Shown: one piece after another, positions 51,906 through 64,000 of the stretch
How the letters are laid out: each line of letters opens with the position of its first letter
Numbering within the stretch: position 1 is the stretch's first letter
DNA from: Owenia fusiformis
Lineage: Eukaryota
Direction: 5' to 3'
Assembly: GCA_903813345.2 (NCBI GenBank)
Contig: CAIIXF020000001.1
Coordinates: forward strand, 49,352,001 to 49,416,000
DNA: 64,000 nucleotides
The notes under the pieces: generated by a model
Databases searched by the model: none
Seen by the model: only the letters and a program-made list of their open reading frames with translations
What the model was told of the DNA's origin: nothing
Translations under genes and position numbers: made by a program

Positions 51906-54209
51906 CACTGGGGATGAACTGGAAACGAGGGAGGTTTTGCCTCGTATCAAAATGGCGGCGCGTGAAAAAATTTCATTCGGTAAGGTTTTTGTTTTTTACA
52001 ATTTTCGTGCTTTTATCCTTCAAATTAAAACTTAATATTTGGCAAGTAAATAGTCTATAAGTTCCGGTTTTATAATATGATTGCAAATTAGAAATCAATA
52101 CAGACATTGCTGAGATATTTACATTTCAATTCTCTCACTTAGGAAACGAGGCACCTGTCTACATTTTGTAACAATGAAACGAGGCAATGTTTGACTTGCA
52201 ACGAGGCAACTATTCTTTCTGTGATAGTGTCTACATTTAATGATCTTATTTCCACCGTTCTGGTCACATACGACCGATTACGTTTTACACGATATACATG
52301 ATTATATATGTAAGAGTTAAAAAGAATATTCATATTGTTCATAACAGTCATTCCATATATAAGCAGACATTCGTGTCGCCAAGGGTTTTTTCTCAAGCGT
52401 TAATAGATATATATAGAAACTTTTTAAGAACATCTACTTAGGACCAATACCCACTTGTACAACCACCAAACAGCAAATTTTAATTGTTTGGTAGTAAGTG
52501 AGAATTTGTTCTAACTTAATTTGATGACAAATTCCTCAGGTACGTTATGTCGCCAGAGTGCATAGTGATGTTTTATAAGCACAACTGAAGTAGTTATAGA
52601 TTTTAGAACACATCCAAACTTCCTGAAAAAATACCTGTAGGTATTTACTGTATTTTACCAACGTTTCGAGTAATTTAATCCTTTCCAACGTAATAATCAG
52701 ATCCCCGGAACCCATGTCGCCAGTTTTTTTTTTCTAAAATACCACTTTAGATATTTCAATTTCTAGAGAATGCACGAATCACTTAAATGTTTAACCCAGA
52801 GTGATATTTTATCAGAAAATGATTTATCAAAATGCATGCAAAGTTCAAAAACTGTATTCTATCCAGATCAAAAGTTATAGGTCATAAAGGTGTCATTTTT
52901 CAATTCAAAAGATAAGGATTTTAAGGTACGTTACAACATTTCCCAACATTTTGTAATATCTTGATGGAATTAGTAAATAAATTCTTGAATATGACAAGGC
53001 GGACATTCAATACAATGTGCTCATTACCTTTGTTCGCTCTGTTGTATTGCTTTATTGGAACATGTAATGAATTTTCCTCATGTACGTTGCAATAAGGTAC
53101 GTTACGGAAAGTGCGAAATAAGTTGATTACTCAGCAATAAATGCTGCTCAAGTGGAGGAGATCATCACGTGATCTCATGATACGCCATACTTTATTTGCA
53201 GTCAAAGGAAAAGGGATTTCTTCCTAATAATCCCTAAATAATACAGCAATCGCGTAAGTACAACACCTGTATCTTTTGCCTAAGCAAAGCTGGTAATTAA
53301 TCAACTTTTTTCCCAAATCACATACGACTTGAGTTTTATATCAATTAAGGTACGTTGCTTTTGATAACGTCGCTTAATACCTGTTTTATTTCTGTCTTAA
53401 TAGTGGTAACTAACCCGGGAATACACAATTTGTTGCAGAATATGGCCAAGACTAAAGCAGAAATTCAAAAGAACTATACAGGGCGTATCAAAAAAACTAG
53501 TAATGACTACATCAATTTCATTTAATGTACCATAAAGCCATGTCTCTCCTCTTTGCAATGATATGTCATTCATTCACACGTGGTAATGGTTGGGTGAGAA
53601 ATCCTTCCATTTGCACAGTGGGTCAAAATCGGCTCTGCGCCATGTTTTAGATATTGAAAAAATCAGTGCAAGGGCTAAGTGCCAATGGAAGTTCCCCTGA
53701 CTTTAATTGTTGTGACTTTTTCTTTTGGAGCTATCTCAGGAGCATCTGTGCTCACAATTCCTCCACCAGATATTGCAAAATCTCGAGAAAGATTTGCCCA
53801 TGGGCTGCTTTTCTTTGCTTTAACCCACACATGATTCAGGGCTCCGTACACTGACTTTTGCAATATTTATAACTTGGTTCGAAGCCCATTTTTAATTAAA
53901 TATGGTTGCCTCGTTTCATTCTTAAGAATGCTATATAGCTGCCTCGTTTCCTTGAGAAACATGCCTCGTTTCCTAAGTGAGAGAATTGATATGTAAATAT
54001 CTCAGCAATGCCAGTATTGATTTCTAATTTGTAATCATATTATAAAACCGGAACTTATGAACTATTTACTTGCCTAATATTAAGTTTTAATTTGAAGGAT
54101 AAAAGCACAAAAATTGTAAAAAACAAAAATCTTACCGAATGAAATTTTTTCACGCGCCGCCATTTTGATACGAGGCAAAACCTCCCTCGTTTCCAGTTCA
54201 TCCCCAGTG
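51906..54209. mobile_element. 2.3-kb non-autonomous DNA transposon with CAC...GTG ends, ~250-bp TIRs and a 5-bp TSD (Transib-like)
   Basis: aatag|cactggggatgaactggaaacgagggagg ... cctccctcgtttccagttcatccccagtg|aatag. Confidence 0.82.
53477..53745 (+). mobile_element. Nested Tc1/mariner remnant with a transposase motif
   Basis: TAcagggcgt.tcaaaaaa TIR-like start; SPDFNCCDFFFWSYL resembles the conserved SPDLNP.DFFLWGYL. Confidence 0.6.
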
Positions 54210-54389
54210 AATAGAGAAAAATATTATCTAAGTATTTTCTGATGTATTATTTTCCGATATGAAATGAGCAGAAATGAATCTAGTTTTTACATCACTCGGC
54301 TGTCTCTTCACTCCTCAAAAAGGGCATTGGCCTCCATGGGGATCATGCGTAGAAATAATTAAGGATTTAAGCCTTGGACTCAGTGCATT

Positions 54390-54915
54390 GTGTGCTGAAC
54401 CATTCCACGAAGATGTTGATTCCAAATCTTTTAGAAGTTTAGGAAACAACGTCTGAGTTGAATGAAGCAGCCACAATGCATTGAGTCTTGGGCTTAAATT
54501 CTTTTCACACATTGCAAAATATTTTCTATAAAATCAACTTAAAGATACAAAATTACTAAAAGAGCATATTTTCAAGGAAACTTTTTGCAAGGGTCAAGAA
54601 TATAAATTCACACAAAGCTAGGCAATGTGTGTCCGATTCCAGCCAATCCGAACAGAGTATTCACATAATGAACAGTGTGTGAAATATCAATAACGCATTT
54701 GTTGTGTACAGTTGCTAAGAGATAAAGATTGAAATGAAGTTTTCCAATACTTGACCCTTGCAAAAAGTTTCATTGAAAATATGTTCTTTTTGTGATTTTG
54801 TAACTTTTATGTGATTTTCTAGAAAATATTCTGCAATGTGTGAAAAGAATTTAAGCCACTCCACTCAGATGTTGTTTCCTAAACTTTGCATTCCAAGATT
54901 TGGAAACAACATCTT
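54390..54915. repeat. Inverted repeat / MITE-like element
   Basis: ggcttaaattcttttcacacattgca.aatattttcta...tttttgcaagggtcaag is mirrored at about 54750-54860. Confidence 0.65.
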
Positions 54916-55096
54916 CAAACTTAAATCCTTAAACAACACATATTTTGTATGGCATTGAGGCAAGTTGAGAAAATACCATGTGCATCTTTCCTAAGTGACA
55001 TCTATATTATTGAGTAGAGTGGATGTTTATTCTAAATAGGGAATTCGAGGGAGGTAGTCATTAGCGAATGGAATGGATAATAGTATACATATCATG

Positions 55097-55894
55097 AAAG
55101 GATCTTGTACACCTGCCATTGTGATCTCCCCATGAACAAAAATAAATTCATCTGATTTTTCAAAATAAATATACTGCTTTTATTATTACATTTATATGTA
55201 CACTAGTATCTTGTTGACCTATATTCAGCACTGTATTGATGAATGGGCCACTTTTTAGGGCAATATTCAATCATAAAGTGTACAGGGGTAGAGATGCCAA
55301 ACCAGGAAGTCTTTTTGTGTCTGTCAAAATCCATTTGCATCCTACACATCCCTACATCTTATCAAAATATGTTATTAATTAATGAATCATAACAGTATAA
55401 TCTTTGTATTTACAAAGTTGTATGGGATTTCATAAGTGTAAAAGTTGCTTTTGAAGCATTTTTCTATAGCCATTTTGTAGGAAAAAAATGATGAAAAAAA
55501 TGAATAATCTTTTAGTTTGAAGTATGACCTGAATCGATTGCAAACTTTATATTTGCACATCTGATCTGAAATACCATTTGTGTCATATTGTGAAATTATT
55601 TAATTTGCAATCGATTCAGGTCATAGTGTATTTTAGGTATTTTTGTGAAAATCAATAGAAACCAATGGCCTCCATTGGAATCTGATGGTATCCACATGTT
55701 AAGTCAATAGAACACATCCAATGTCAAGTCAATACACCCTTGCTGAACTTAATGACCCAAACCTCAGCCCATGTGGGGCCAAACGCTTAAATATTTTCCA
55801 AAGTATTATGTAACATTGTATTCTTTATATTACACCTAAAAATGATTCATTTTGTTCATGGGGAGATCATAATGGCAGGTGTACAAGATCCTTT
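55097..55894. mobile_element. MITE-like element with ~60-bp TIRs
   Basis: aaaggatcttgtacacctgccatt.tgatctccccatgaacaaaa and its reverse complement at 55850-55894. Confidence 0.72.
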
Positions 55895-57562
55895 GTATGA
55901 AATATCATGAAATTGGGAAATGATTGAAAAATAAGTTACCCTCCCACCCAACCCATTTCCTGAGGCTGTACATTCTGGTGGGTTTCACTTAAATATGTAT
56001 TTCACCCAATCCTTTAACATGAAATCTACTTGAATGTATGGATGTCACTTAGGAAACATAGAATGCGTAGAAATAATATAAAACATCACATGTTTTTTGT
56101 ATTACACAAGTACATATTGTTTATGTTTATTCACAAACTGCAATGTTTTCTTTGCAATATCCCTCTCAAGTTTGCAATCAATAAAATTGAATACAATATG
56201 ATACAATACATTCCAGAATATAAATTCATTCAGTGTGGTTAAATTTTAATATAAACATGATTGTCACAGTTGATTTTGTAGAAAAATGTGGTTGCCTACA
56301 GACCTGATAATTCTCGAAATTGAGGCACTCTCCATGGTGCACAGTCAGAATTAACAACTCTAAATGGTTTATATGATTACAAATAAAAAGTATAATACAG
56401 TAATACACCAATGAAAACTTGAACAAATGACTTGTTTTCCTCGACTTTATCTTCCCTGTCCCATGTGTGACAGAATATAGGCCAATGAATATAAAATGAA
56501 ACAATGCCATATTTTTTCCTTATAAGGTTATAAAGTGGCTTAATTTTAAATTGCAAACAAATATTGCTTAGGATTTTGGATGTCTATCATTCCGATAATA
56601 TTATCTACTTATTATGCTCCACACACCACCAACATATGATTAAGATATGCATAAGTACATGTAATTGTCTCTCTGAATATGCTTCATGCCAAGAAATCCC
56701 TTGAAATAAAACACGAAAACCCTATGGTCATTGAAAGTAACTTCTATAAATGGCCTACATAGAACAGATCTTACTACTAGGAGATCCAAGTAACAGATAA
56801 CACATAGTTGATAGGAGATTATGAATTACATATAGAGTGTTATATTGCAAACACATAATAAATACAAGAATAGATGAACATAGTCCTCAGGAGATATGTG
56901 TCCTTTGACGAATGTCTTTACCATGGACCAGTTGATAATTTTTGTATAGGTGAATAACATACTAGTGACTGGTCTGGTGTGGAACTACATGAACTAATAA
57001 TATGCATCATTTACACAACTAAAAGTAGCACTGTGTGTTCTATACACAACTAATACTAAAAAAGAATAGCTTCACATCTCAGCTATATTTATCAGTTAAG
57101 GTTTTACAGCTATAAAAAATTGTAGTACAAAATTATCAAAAGATGTATCACATAACATGAGCATGTCTAAACATATTTACATTCTGAGTATTGCTTTTTC
57201 ACATAAATCATACATTTGTTTCAATAATAAATATCTACTCGAAGATCTATCAGAAACCTACAAGAATTACTCTTTCTATTTATCAATTTATCTGAATCAA
57301 ACTTCACAAGGGAGTATATCCTAAAATTTCTCCATAGTGTTAACTACATGTATTGTACAACAAAACTAAATAGTTGTATATTGAAATAGTTGAATATTGA
57401 AATAGTTGTATATTGAAATAGTTGCATATTGCACAATCTGCTACTACTGTAAATTCGCTTTATAACTATAATGGTGCACATAAATAATATAAAATCAATT
57501 GCATAGTATATTAAATAATTTCACTTCTTTGACACAATAAGTTCTAAGCTTTATGACTGTAT

Positions 57563-57771
57563 CTAGGTATTAATAGAGCCTGACAATGTAGCCCTCTTCA
57601 AGTCCCTTCTTAGAGGTCGAAATCTCTCTTCGGGATCTTTAATAAAATATTTGTCCCATATATCTGCAGCCTGAGATTTCCTTCCCCATGGCTTGAAACG
57701 TCCATTCCAGTGTAAAAGTTTGGCACTTTGTAAAAATTCCTTTGAGTATCTTTTTCCTGATGGACTCCAAC
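57563..57771 (-). CDS. GLT8D1: Terminal coding exon of a glycosyltransferase 8 domain-containing protein (GLT8D1/GLT8D2-like); upstream exons not recognised in the window
   Basis: ttttgcag| phase-1 acceptor, then GWSPSGKRYSKEFLQSAKLLHWNGRFKPWGRKSQAADIWDKYFIKDPEERFRPLRR...*, resembling the GLT8D C-terminus (AKLLHWNG..KPW). This is a different frame from the ORF-track call at 57610. Confidence 0.88.
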
Positions 57772-60481
57772 CTGCAAAAGAATTGATTGTGAAATGGGTT
57801 CTGGGGATGAATCAAAATTCATGTCATTTCTATTGTTTGAATCATGTGATAAAATCACATCCTCTATGACTATTTCATAAAGTAAATGATAAGTTGCAAG
57901 ACCATGAATGCTACTGACATACAAGTGAAAGAATATGACAAATAATTTATGTAAAAGTAAAATGAAAACAAATTGATATATGACATTAGCCACCCATCAT
58001 AAATGATAAAAAAAATGTATCAACTCATATAACCAATTCGCAGAAGAGTATTATGATATTAAAACACTAATTTATGAATCATATTACAATAATTAACAAC
58101 ATTATATTAGGTGTGTGTTCGACTTGAAATGTCATTCCAAGTGTCATTACAATTTCAATGTCGCTAAAAGCTTTGGAATAGGCATCAAATGAGAAAAGGA
58201 TATTCATCAAAAATTCTATGTGGAAACCTACACTGAAATCATAGAATGATTGTTTAAATCATCAGCTACCCATCCTAAAGGCTAATGAGCACAGGAATAA
58301 AATCAAACTATATCAGTTTGCTAATATAGAATGCAATAAATGTTGTTTTATACTTTCAAGTAATTCATCTTGGTAAGGGAAGAGCCACAATAAGCTTAAG
58401 GCGATTAATTATAGCTTGCATAATGTCTTTATTGGCTTTTACTACCTACACTTTTCAGACTATTCTCATGAGCTTATACTCAGACTAAGTCTCAATGACA
58501 ACTGTAAATTCCAACACTTTCATTAAAGATCTATGAAACTCGACAATGCGTCATTCAAAAATCATAGGGGGATTATGTTCATCCAAAAACAAATGGCAGA
58601 AATGAATTATTTTCCCCAATGGAAGACATAATTGAAAATAATTTTAAAAGAGCAAATAGGGAAAAGATGGAACATGTACCAATTATATTATTGTCATTTT
58701 ACGGCGGTAGTATAATAACACTCTTGTGTACGGTTTTAATTACCATAGCACTATCAGTTATGTCCATCTCTACAGCAATGATATACAGAAATTCTAAAGG
58801 GAAATTTGGTTCTAGTTTCGGCGTGACTTTATATGTTATTTATCCCATTTCTCTATCAATTTGATGACAGTAGAAATAGCTCACGTTTTTCCTTTTGACT
58901 GTATATTTGTGTTTGTATTCTGGTTACAGCTTTGCCAATTGATGTTGAGCCTGTTATTACACTACTTATTTGGCTACCTACTTGGGTAGATTTGGGACTA
59001 AAGGCTGGATCTGAATAAAGATCCCCCTGGTATCAACTATTTTGGTGCCATGGTATTATTCAAGTAATTGAAAAAAACAAAAAAAATCCTGTGCACATAA
59101 ACTGCAACCATACAAAATACACTATAAATGTACAGTGTTCGAATCAGTTGTATTTAAAGATACATCCGTTAAAGAGTGAAAAGCATTGCACATTGTAAAT
59201 CTATTAGTCTTTCAGGAGATGGCATTAACCAGAAAAACTATTGTCCGGGACTATAAATTATTGTCTAGGAGCTAACTTAGTAGTTAAAACATGCAGTACA
59301 TCAATCCTTCATTATGTAATAGAGGTGCACACTTAATCTAATCAACGATTAAATAAGACAGTTACCTATCTGCTAGTTCAACTGACTTCAGATATTTGAA
59401 TTTCACAAATAAGGTCATATTTTTTCTGAATTAAAAATGGTACATTTCTTCTTGTGGTTGGAGTGAAATTCTGGTTTAGCTAGGGGGTCACAACACTTTT
59501 AAGGCATAAATTGACTTTCGAAAAATGATTTTAGTGCCTTTATATTAAAAGCAATATGCAAAATATCAATGCATGGATGGAGTGAAATAAGACATGTCCA
59601 CTATACTGTATTGATTTGTAGTGTGGCCTAAAAACCATTAATTATAGTGAAATTTGCAACGCCATATTTTCTTTACACAAGTGTTCTATACAGTGCCCAA
59701 GCTGCTTATTTGTTTCTGTATTAGCAGAGATTTTCAATAATAAATTCTATAAACAGGCATTCATATCTGGTCTATTATGTTGCTATTTGGTGGACATGTC
59801 AAATGAGGTTTCTTTCAATACTTCTTTCAAAACCAATGAAGTAGCTGATCGATTTTTCATATACCGTAAGTTTTAATTATTTGTAATTGAATTAGGATTT
59901 TACTGTCCATTGGATGTACACTGTGTTTGACTCCAACCATTTATGTCATACAAAACATTAATATCTGAATCCATAATAATCAACACCAAAATGCACAACA
60001 AAAATCATTTTCTCCACAGGATTTTAATTGACAGCTATAAAAACAAGTGGATTTGACCAGTGAAGCATTGGATTTAACAAAAGAATGTCTCCAAATTGCC
60101 ACATAATTTGACACTGAATGCTCTTTTTGTATGAAAACTAGTATCTACAACTATTATTTAAAGATCTAATAGCAAAGGTATTGCCAAAATCAATCAATTA
60201 AGTATAAAACAAATGTATGTATAATGAAGAAATTAATATTTAAGAAAGAAAATAGATATGTGTTTGTAATATTGGTGTTAACTTAAGATTAAAATTGTCA
60301 TTATCACTTTCATTTTTCAACAAATATAGTGTCACGTGACATGTGATGTGGGAGAGTCAATTTTGATCCATCGTAGACCATATCACCATCAGATTAGTGA
60401 TATTTCAACTTCGCCTTGCGAGGGCATTTAATTTTAAACATCTTGAATTTTGTGCCAAAATAAAGCTACCCACGCCCACTT

Positions 60482-61985
60482 GGGTTTTCGTAAAACACCG
60501 ACCGCCGACCACCGACCAGTCACTCTCCACAGTTGGGTACATGTGGTCGGTGGTCGGCTGACGGTCTTTTACATAAAGATGAAAAAATGCAAAATAAGAA
60601 GTAAAACTAAAACTGGGAATCCAATGACTATAGTACCTTTACTAGGTCGTGATTTAAAAACGTATAATTATCATTTCAAATCACGATGAAAACGTTACAT
60701 CGTCGTGGTGTGTAATGTCATATTTTTAAGTGATGTTTCAGTTGTTAGAAGACCAATTTCATCCTGGTTAGTCACTTTGGAAAAAAACGCACGTAACATT
60801 GCATTAAAGGGTTCCGATTAGCATCCCGTATAAAAACAATATGGCGGTTCCAGGCGAATCAACTGGATCAGTCCATTTTTAAGAAATAAGGGGAGTTCTG
60901 TAAAATCCAGTTTAGTGAAATTGTCTTTGAGATAAAGTTATCCGTTTATAATGATTTTGAAAACGTTATCCAAAGAGTGATTGCGTTCAAAGAATACATG
61001 TACAACAGCCAATATAAATCCTTGTATTAGAAACCGGTTTGTCTTGCTTTGTTTCATTTGTAGGATATTTCATATGCCAAGCTGTGTGCTATTACGTTAT
61101 GGGGAAATTTAGATGCCAATTTTTCCTTATTATACACAAAAAGAAGATCCTGAAACTTCACCCATAAATGTGGAATTGATTTGTCAAAATAAAAATCACC
61201 CTTTTATAAATGTGTGACGATTTATAATATACTTATGCTATATAACAGTTAGAGGTGTTCACACAACGACCTCGAACCTGTGAACCCTAGAGTATTATTC
61301 CGGGATCGGGCCTTTTATACTAAACGGTGAGCAACACCAGAAACGAGCGTTTGATTTGCTAAACGATATGCGTCACCCTTTAAGTTCATTCTTCATTCAT
61401 ATGAAACGCAATAACAAAAACACACAAACATCGTCGATGTTGACGTCGTAACGTTATGTTTGATTTCTCAGTTGTTAAACGTCAACTGGTAAAAACTACA
61501 TTTGATATGACAAAAAAAGCTTTCTAATGGTGTACTGAAATGGTAAGTCACTTTTAATCCCGATAAGAGAATGCATGTAACATTATATCGTGTTCAGTAT
61601 TCAGTAGGCTATGACGATAACAAATCATTTTTGTTTCGAAATTGTTAAATTTCAGTAAAAAATTAGGATAGATTCCCGTAGAAACGATAGGTTGGTTAAT
61701 GATAGGTTAGGACCTAAGGCAGGGCAATTAATCGAGAGGAGACGGTCATGACCAATTTGTTTGCTTGCCATTCGTTGCAAGGTACAAAATCGGTAAAAAA
61801 CGTTGCCTAGTCCAACGATTGACATTCAAGATCAAATTATTAATATTCTAAGGCTACAAATATGTTCGGTCTTTTACATGATATGGTCGGTCTTTTACAC
61901 ATTTTCTTCAAACCCTGTTTTGAGGCTACCAGTGGAAAAGACCGACCGGTCGGTGGTCGGTGGGGTCGGTCTTTTCCGAAAACCC
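60482..61985. mobile_element. 1.5-kb MULE/Mutator-like non-autonomous element
   Basis: TIR gggttttcg.aaaa.accgacc.c.ccgaccaccgacc; perfect 9-bp TSD cgcccactt. Confidence 0.85.
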
Positions 61986-63694
61986 CGCCCACTTTCTATA
62001 TTTTTCAATGAATCATTTATTATGACTACTATATTCATTCAGGAGCTGTGTACAGTTACCCAATCAGAGAGACACATGTTCCATATAGGGCAGTTCATTA
62101 ACATATTCAGTGTTCACTAATGCCTCTCGCGTCATGGCAACATGAGTAATAATAACCAATCAAAATGCCATATTTACTCGTGAGAGTTCAGAGTGAAATA
62201 CACATACAACATGGATGATAGTCTCTGATCGCGATGCTGAATTAATTTTTCTCGGAATTTGTCCAGGGAAATCAGCGATTCTAAATAAAGGTAAACCACT
62301 CGAAAACCAGATCCATATTTTCTTATTTTAATAACTTTTCGAAAAACCTAAATCATTACTGTTTTCCGTGTCTAAATCATAGTACTTGTCTATTGTCCCC
62401 ATATAATCTGCTCTTACTAGTATACTTGGGCACCATTTCAGCTCTTTAAATTGTCCTCAAATGACACCCTCTCGCCAATATAGCCATTAGCCAGAACCCA
62501 GGAATCAGAGTCGCTGATGTTTGCCATATTGAAATATGTACTGTAATATACAGGAAAAATGGGGAATTTCGAATCAACAATATTTGGGTACTTTTATTAC
62601 AAATTTCAGGTATTTATAAAGTGTTTGTGGCATGAAATATAATCCACATACATAAATGAACATCCAAGCTATATGTTTTATTAAGTCTTGGGGACATTTT
62701 GTGCTTAGATTTACAACTTTATGTGTCAAGAAAGGGGCAAGCAATATTTCTTTGTGTGTTGGATCATATTTTTTGAAATTCAAACTCATGTTGCTATTAA
62801 GAGAATAAAACATTGACAACAAATGGTCATCTACCTTCATTATCTTAAGGTTATCTTGTTCTCATTTAAGATTCCCAGCAACTTGTTTATTAACTGCAGG
62901 GTATTAGGCACAGACACGTCAATTCCACAGAGAAAATGATTGAGTATTAATCTAGATCTTAAGTGTCTTACCAATGTCACGTTGTATTTTTCAAAGCCAA
63001 TATAATTGACCAGATGTTTTCTCAAGCTACTTCAAAAATTCAGAAAATTACCTTAAATGCTTAATAACAAATGCAAATCACAGCATATGTTCTGTGAATT
63101 CAAAGAACTAACATTTGACCTTGACATTGCTATTTGGGTTACTCTTCAGACTGAAATAAGAAATTTCGACTTGTTGACTGTAAAATGATAACAGACTTGG
63201 CCCATGGATTTTTTGGTAAGAATTGTGATCTTCATCTCAGTACAGGTACATATTATGAATTTATGTACAATATGGATTAAATTACAATCGCTTTGGATAT
63301 TCCTGAGGTTACATATAGTTTGTATAGTTTACTGACTCAAATGTTGTCTTTTGTGCTTCCAAATTTGCTTGTTGATGAAGCTGAAATGAACTAATGAGGA
63401 TAAATGACTATGATAACAATATATTAGTGTTTCATCTGCATAAAATTATTTTGTCCATGCCTAATGGAAAGCCACATTATAAAATCATATTGGATTAAAA
63501 TAGTACTTAACCATTTAAAACTGTGTTATTATAAAAGGCAGTGCAAAAAACAAAAATAAAAAAACAATAATAACATTTTTAATGACAGGGAAACAAAGGT
63601 ACACTAATCAATAGGAAGAATGATTGAGTTGTTTTCAGAAGTATCCTTCCCACTATCTCTTTAGACCTACTTGGGTATGCAGGCCTGTCAACTT

Positions 63695-63842
63695 GGGAAC
63701 ACCTAACATGAGTGACTTGGAAATGTTGAACACCTCCCCTCAAAATGTGGACACCTTGGTCGAAATCTGAACACCTTGATCCAAATTTTGAACACCTTGG
63801 TTTAAATTTTATTACATCTTGCCAAATTTTGAACACCTCAAA

Positions 63843-63882
<40 letters not shown>
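63695..63882. repeat. Degenerate ~22-bp repeats (aacacct core) followed by a poly-G run
   Basis: About 7 acacct motifs, then a G run of more than 30 nt. Confidence 0.7.
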
Positions 63883-64000
63883 AGGTACGAAAAATTTCGA
63901 ATGGAATGCGTGACATATACGTAATTCGCGTGAAAAGTCCGAACGAAATGCGTACATTTTTTTCCGGCGTTCGTATTTTTGCTGTGTAGACGATCTTTTT

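Noticed and set aside
57610..57993. 127-aa ORF from the track
   Set aside because: Wrong frame; the GT8 motif is in another frame behind a splice acceptor at 57771
62840..63025. Possible upstream GLT8D exon (a donor-like cttac near 62970 and VRHL in the translation)
   Set aside because: VRHL lies across the putative donor, and neither the phase nor the surrounding sequence fits the expected penultimate exon
63848..63882. Poly-G run as a functional G-quadruplex
   Set aside because: More simply a homopolymer inside a repeat element; its length is unreliable in assemblies

Overview
AT-rich animal genomic DNA, probably a marine invertebrate (inferred from the transposon types; species cannot be determined). 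The window contains: (1) a complete 10-exon LTV1 gene on + (2800-36648, 470 aa) with a 25-kb intron 7; (2) an intronless class A GPCR on - (39997-41130); (3) the last coding exon of a GLT8D1/2-like glycosyltransferase on - (57563-57771); (4) a two-exon, frameshifted zinc-finger gene (49653-50893); and (5) many transposon remnants (deleted gypsy-like LTR element, CR1/L2-like LINE relic, and hAT-, Harbinger-, Tc1/mariner-, MULE-, Kolobok- and Transib-like non-autonomous elements). Three observations stand out. Nearly all of LTV1 intron 7 (9761-33512) lies between the two matching ends of a Helentron/HINE-type element. Inside it is an apparent antisense gene made of five tandem 81-nt phase-1/1 exons and a terminal two-finger C2HC zinc-finger exon. 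Two near-identical ~940-bp elements in opposite orientation sit against the LTV1 exon 6 donor and exon 9 acceptor. All calls were made by eye, without database searches.
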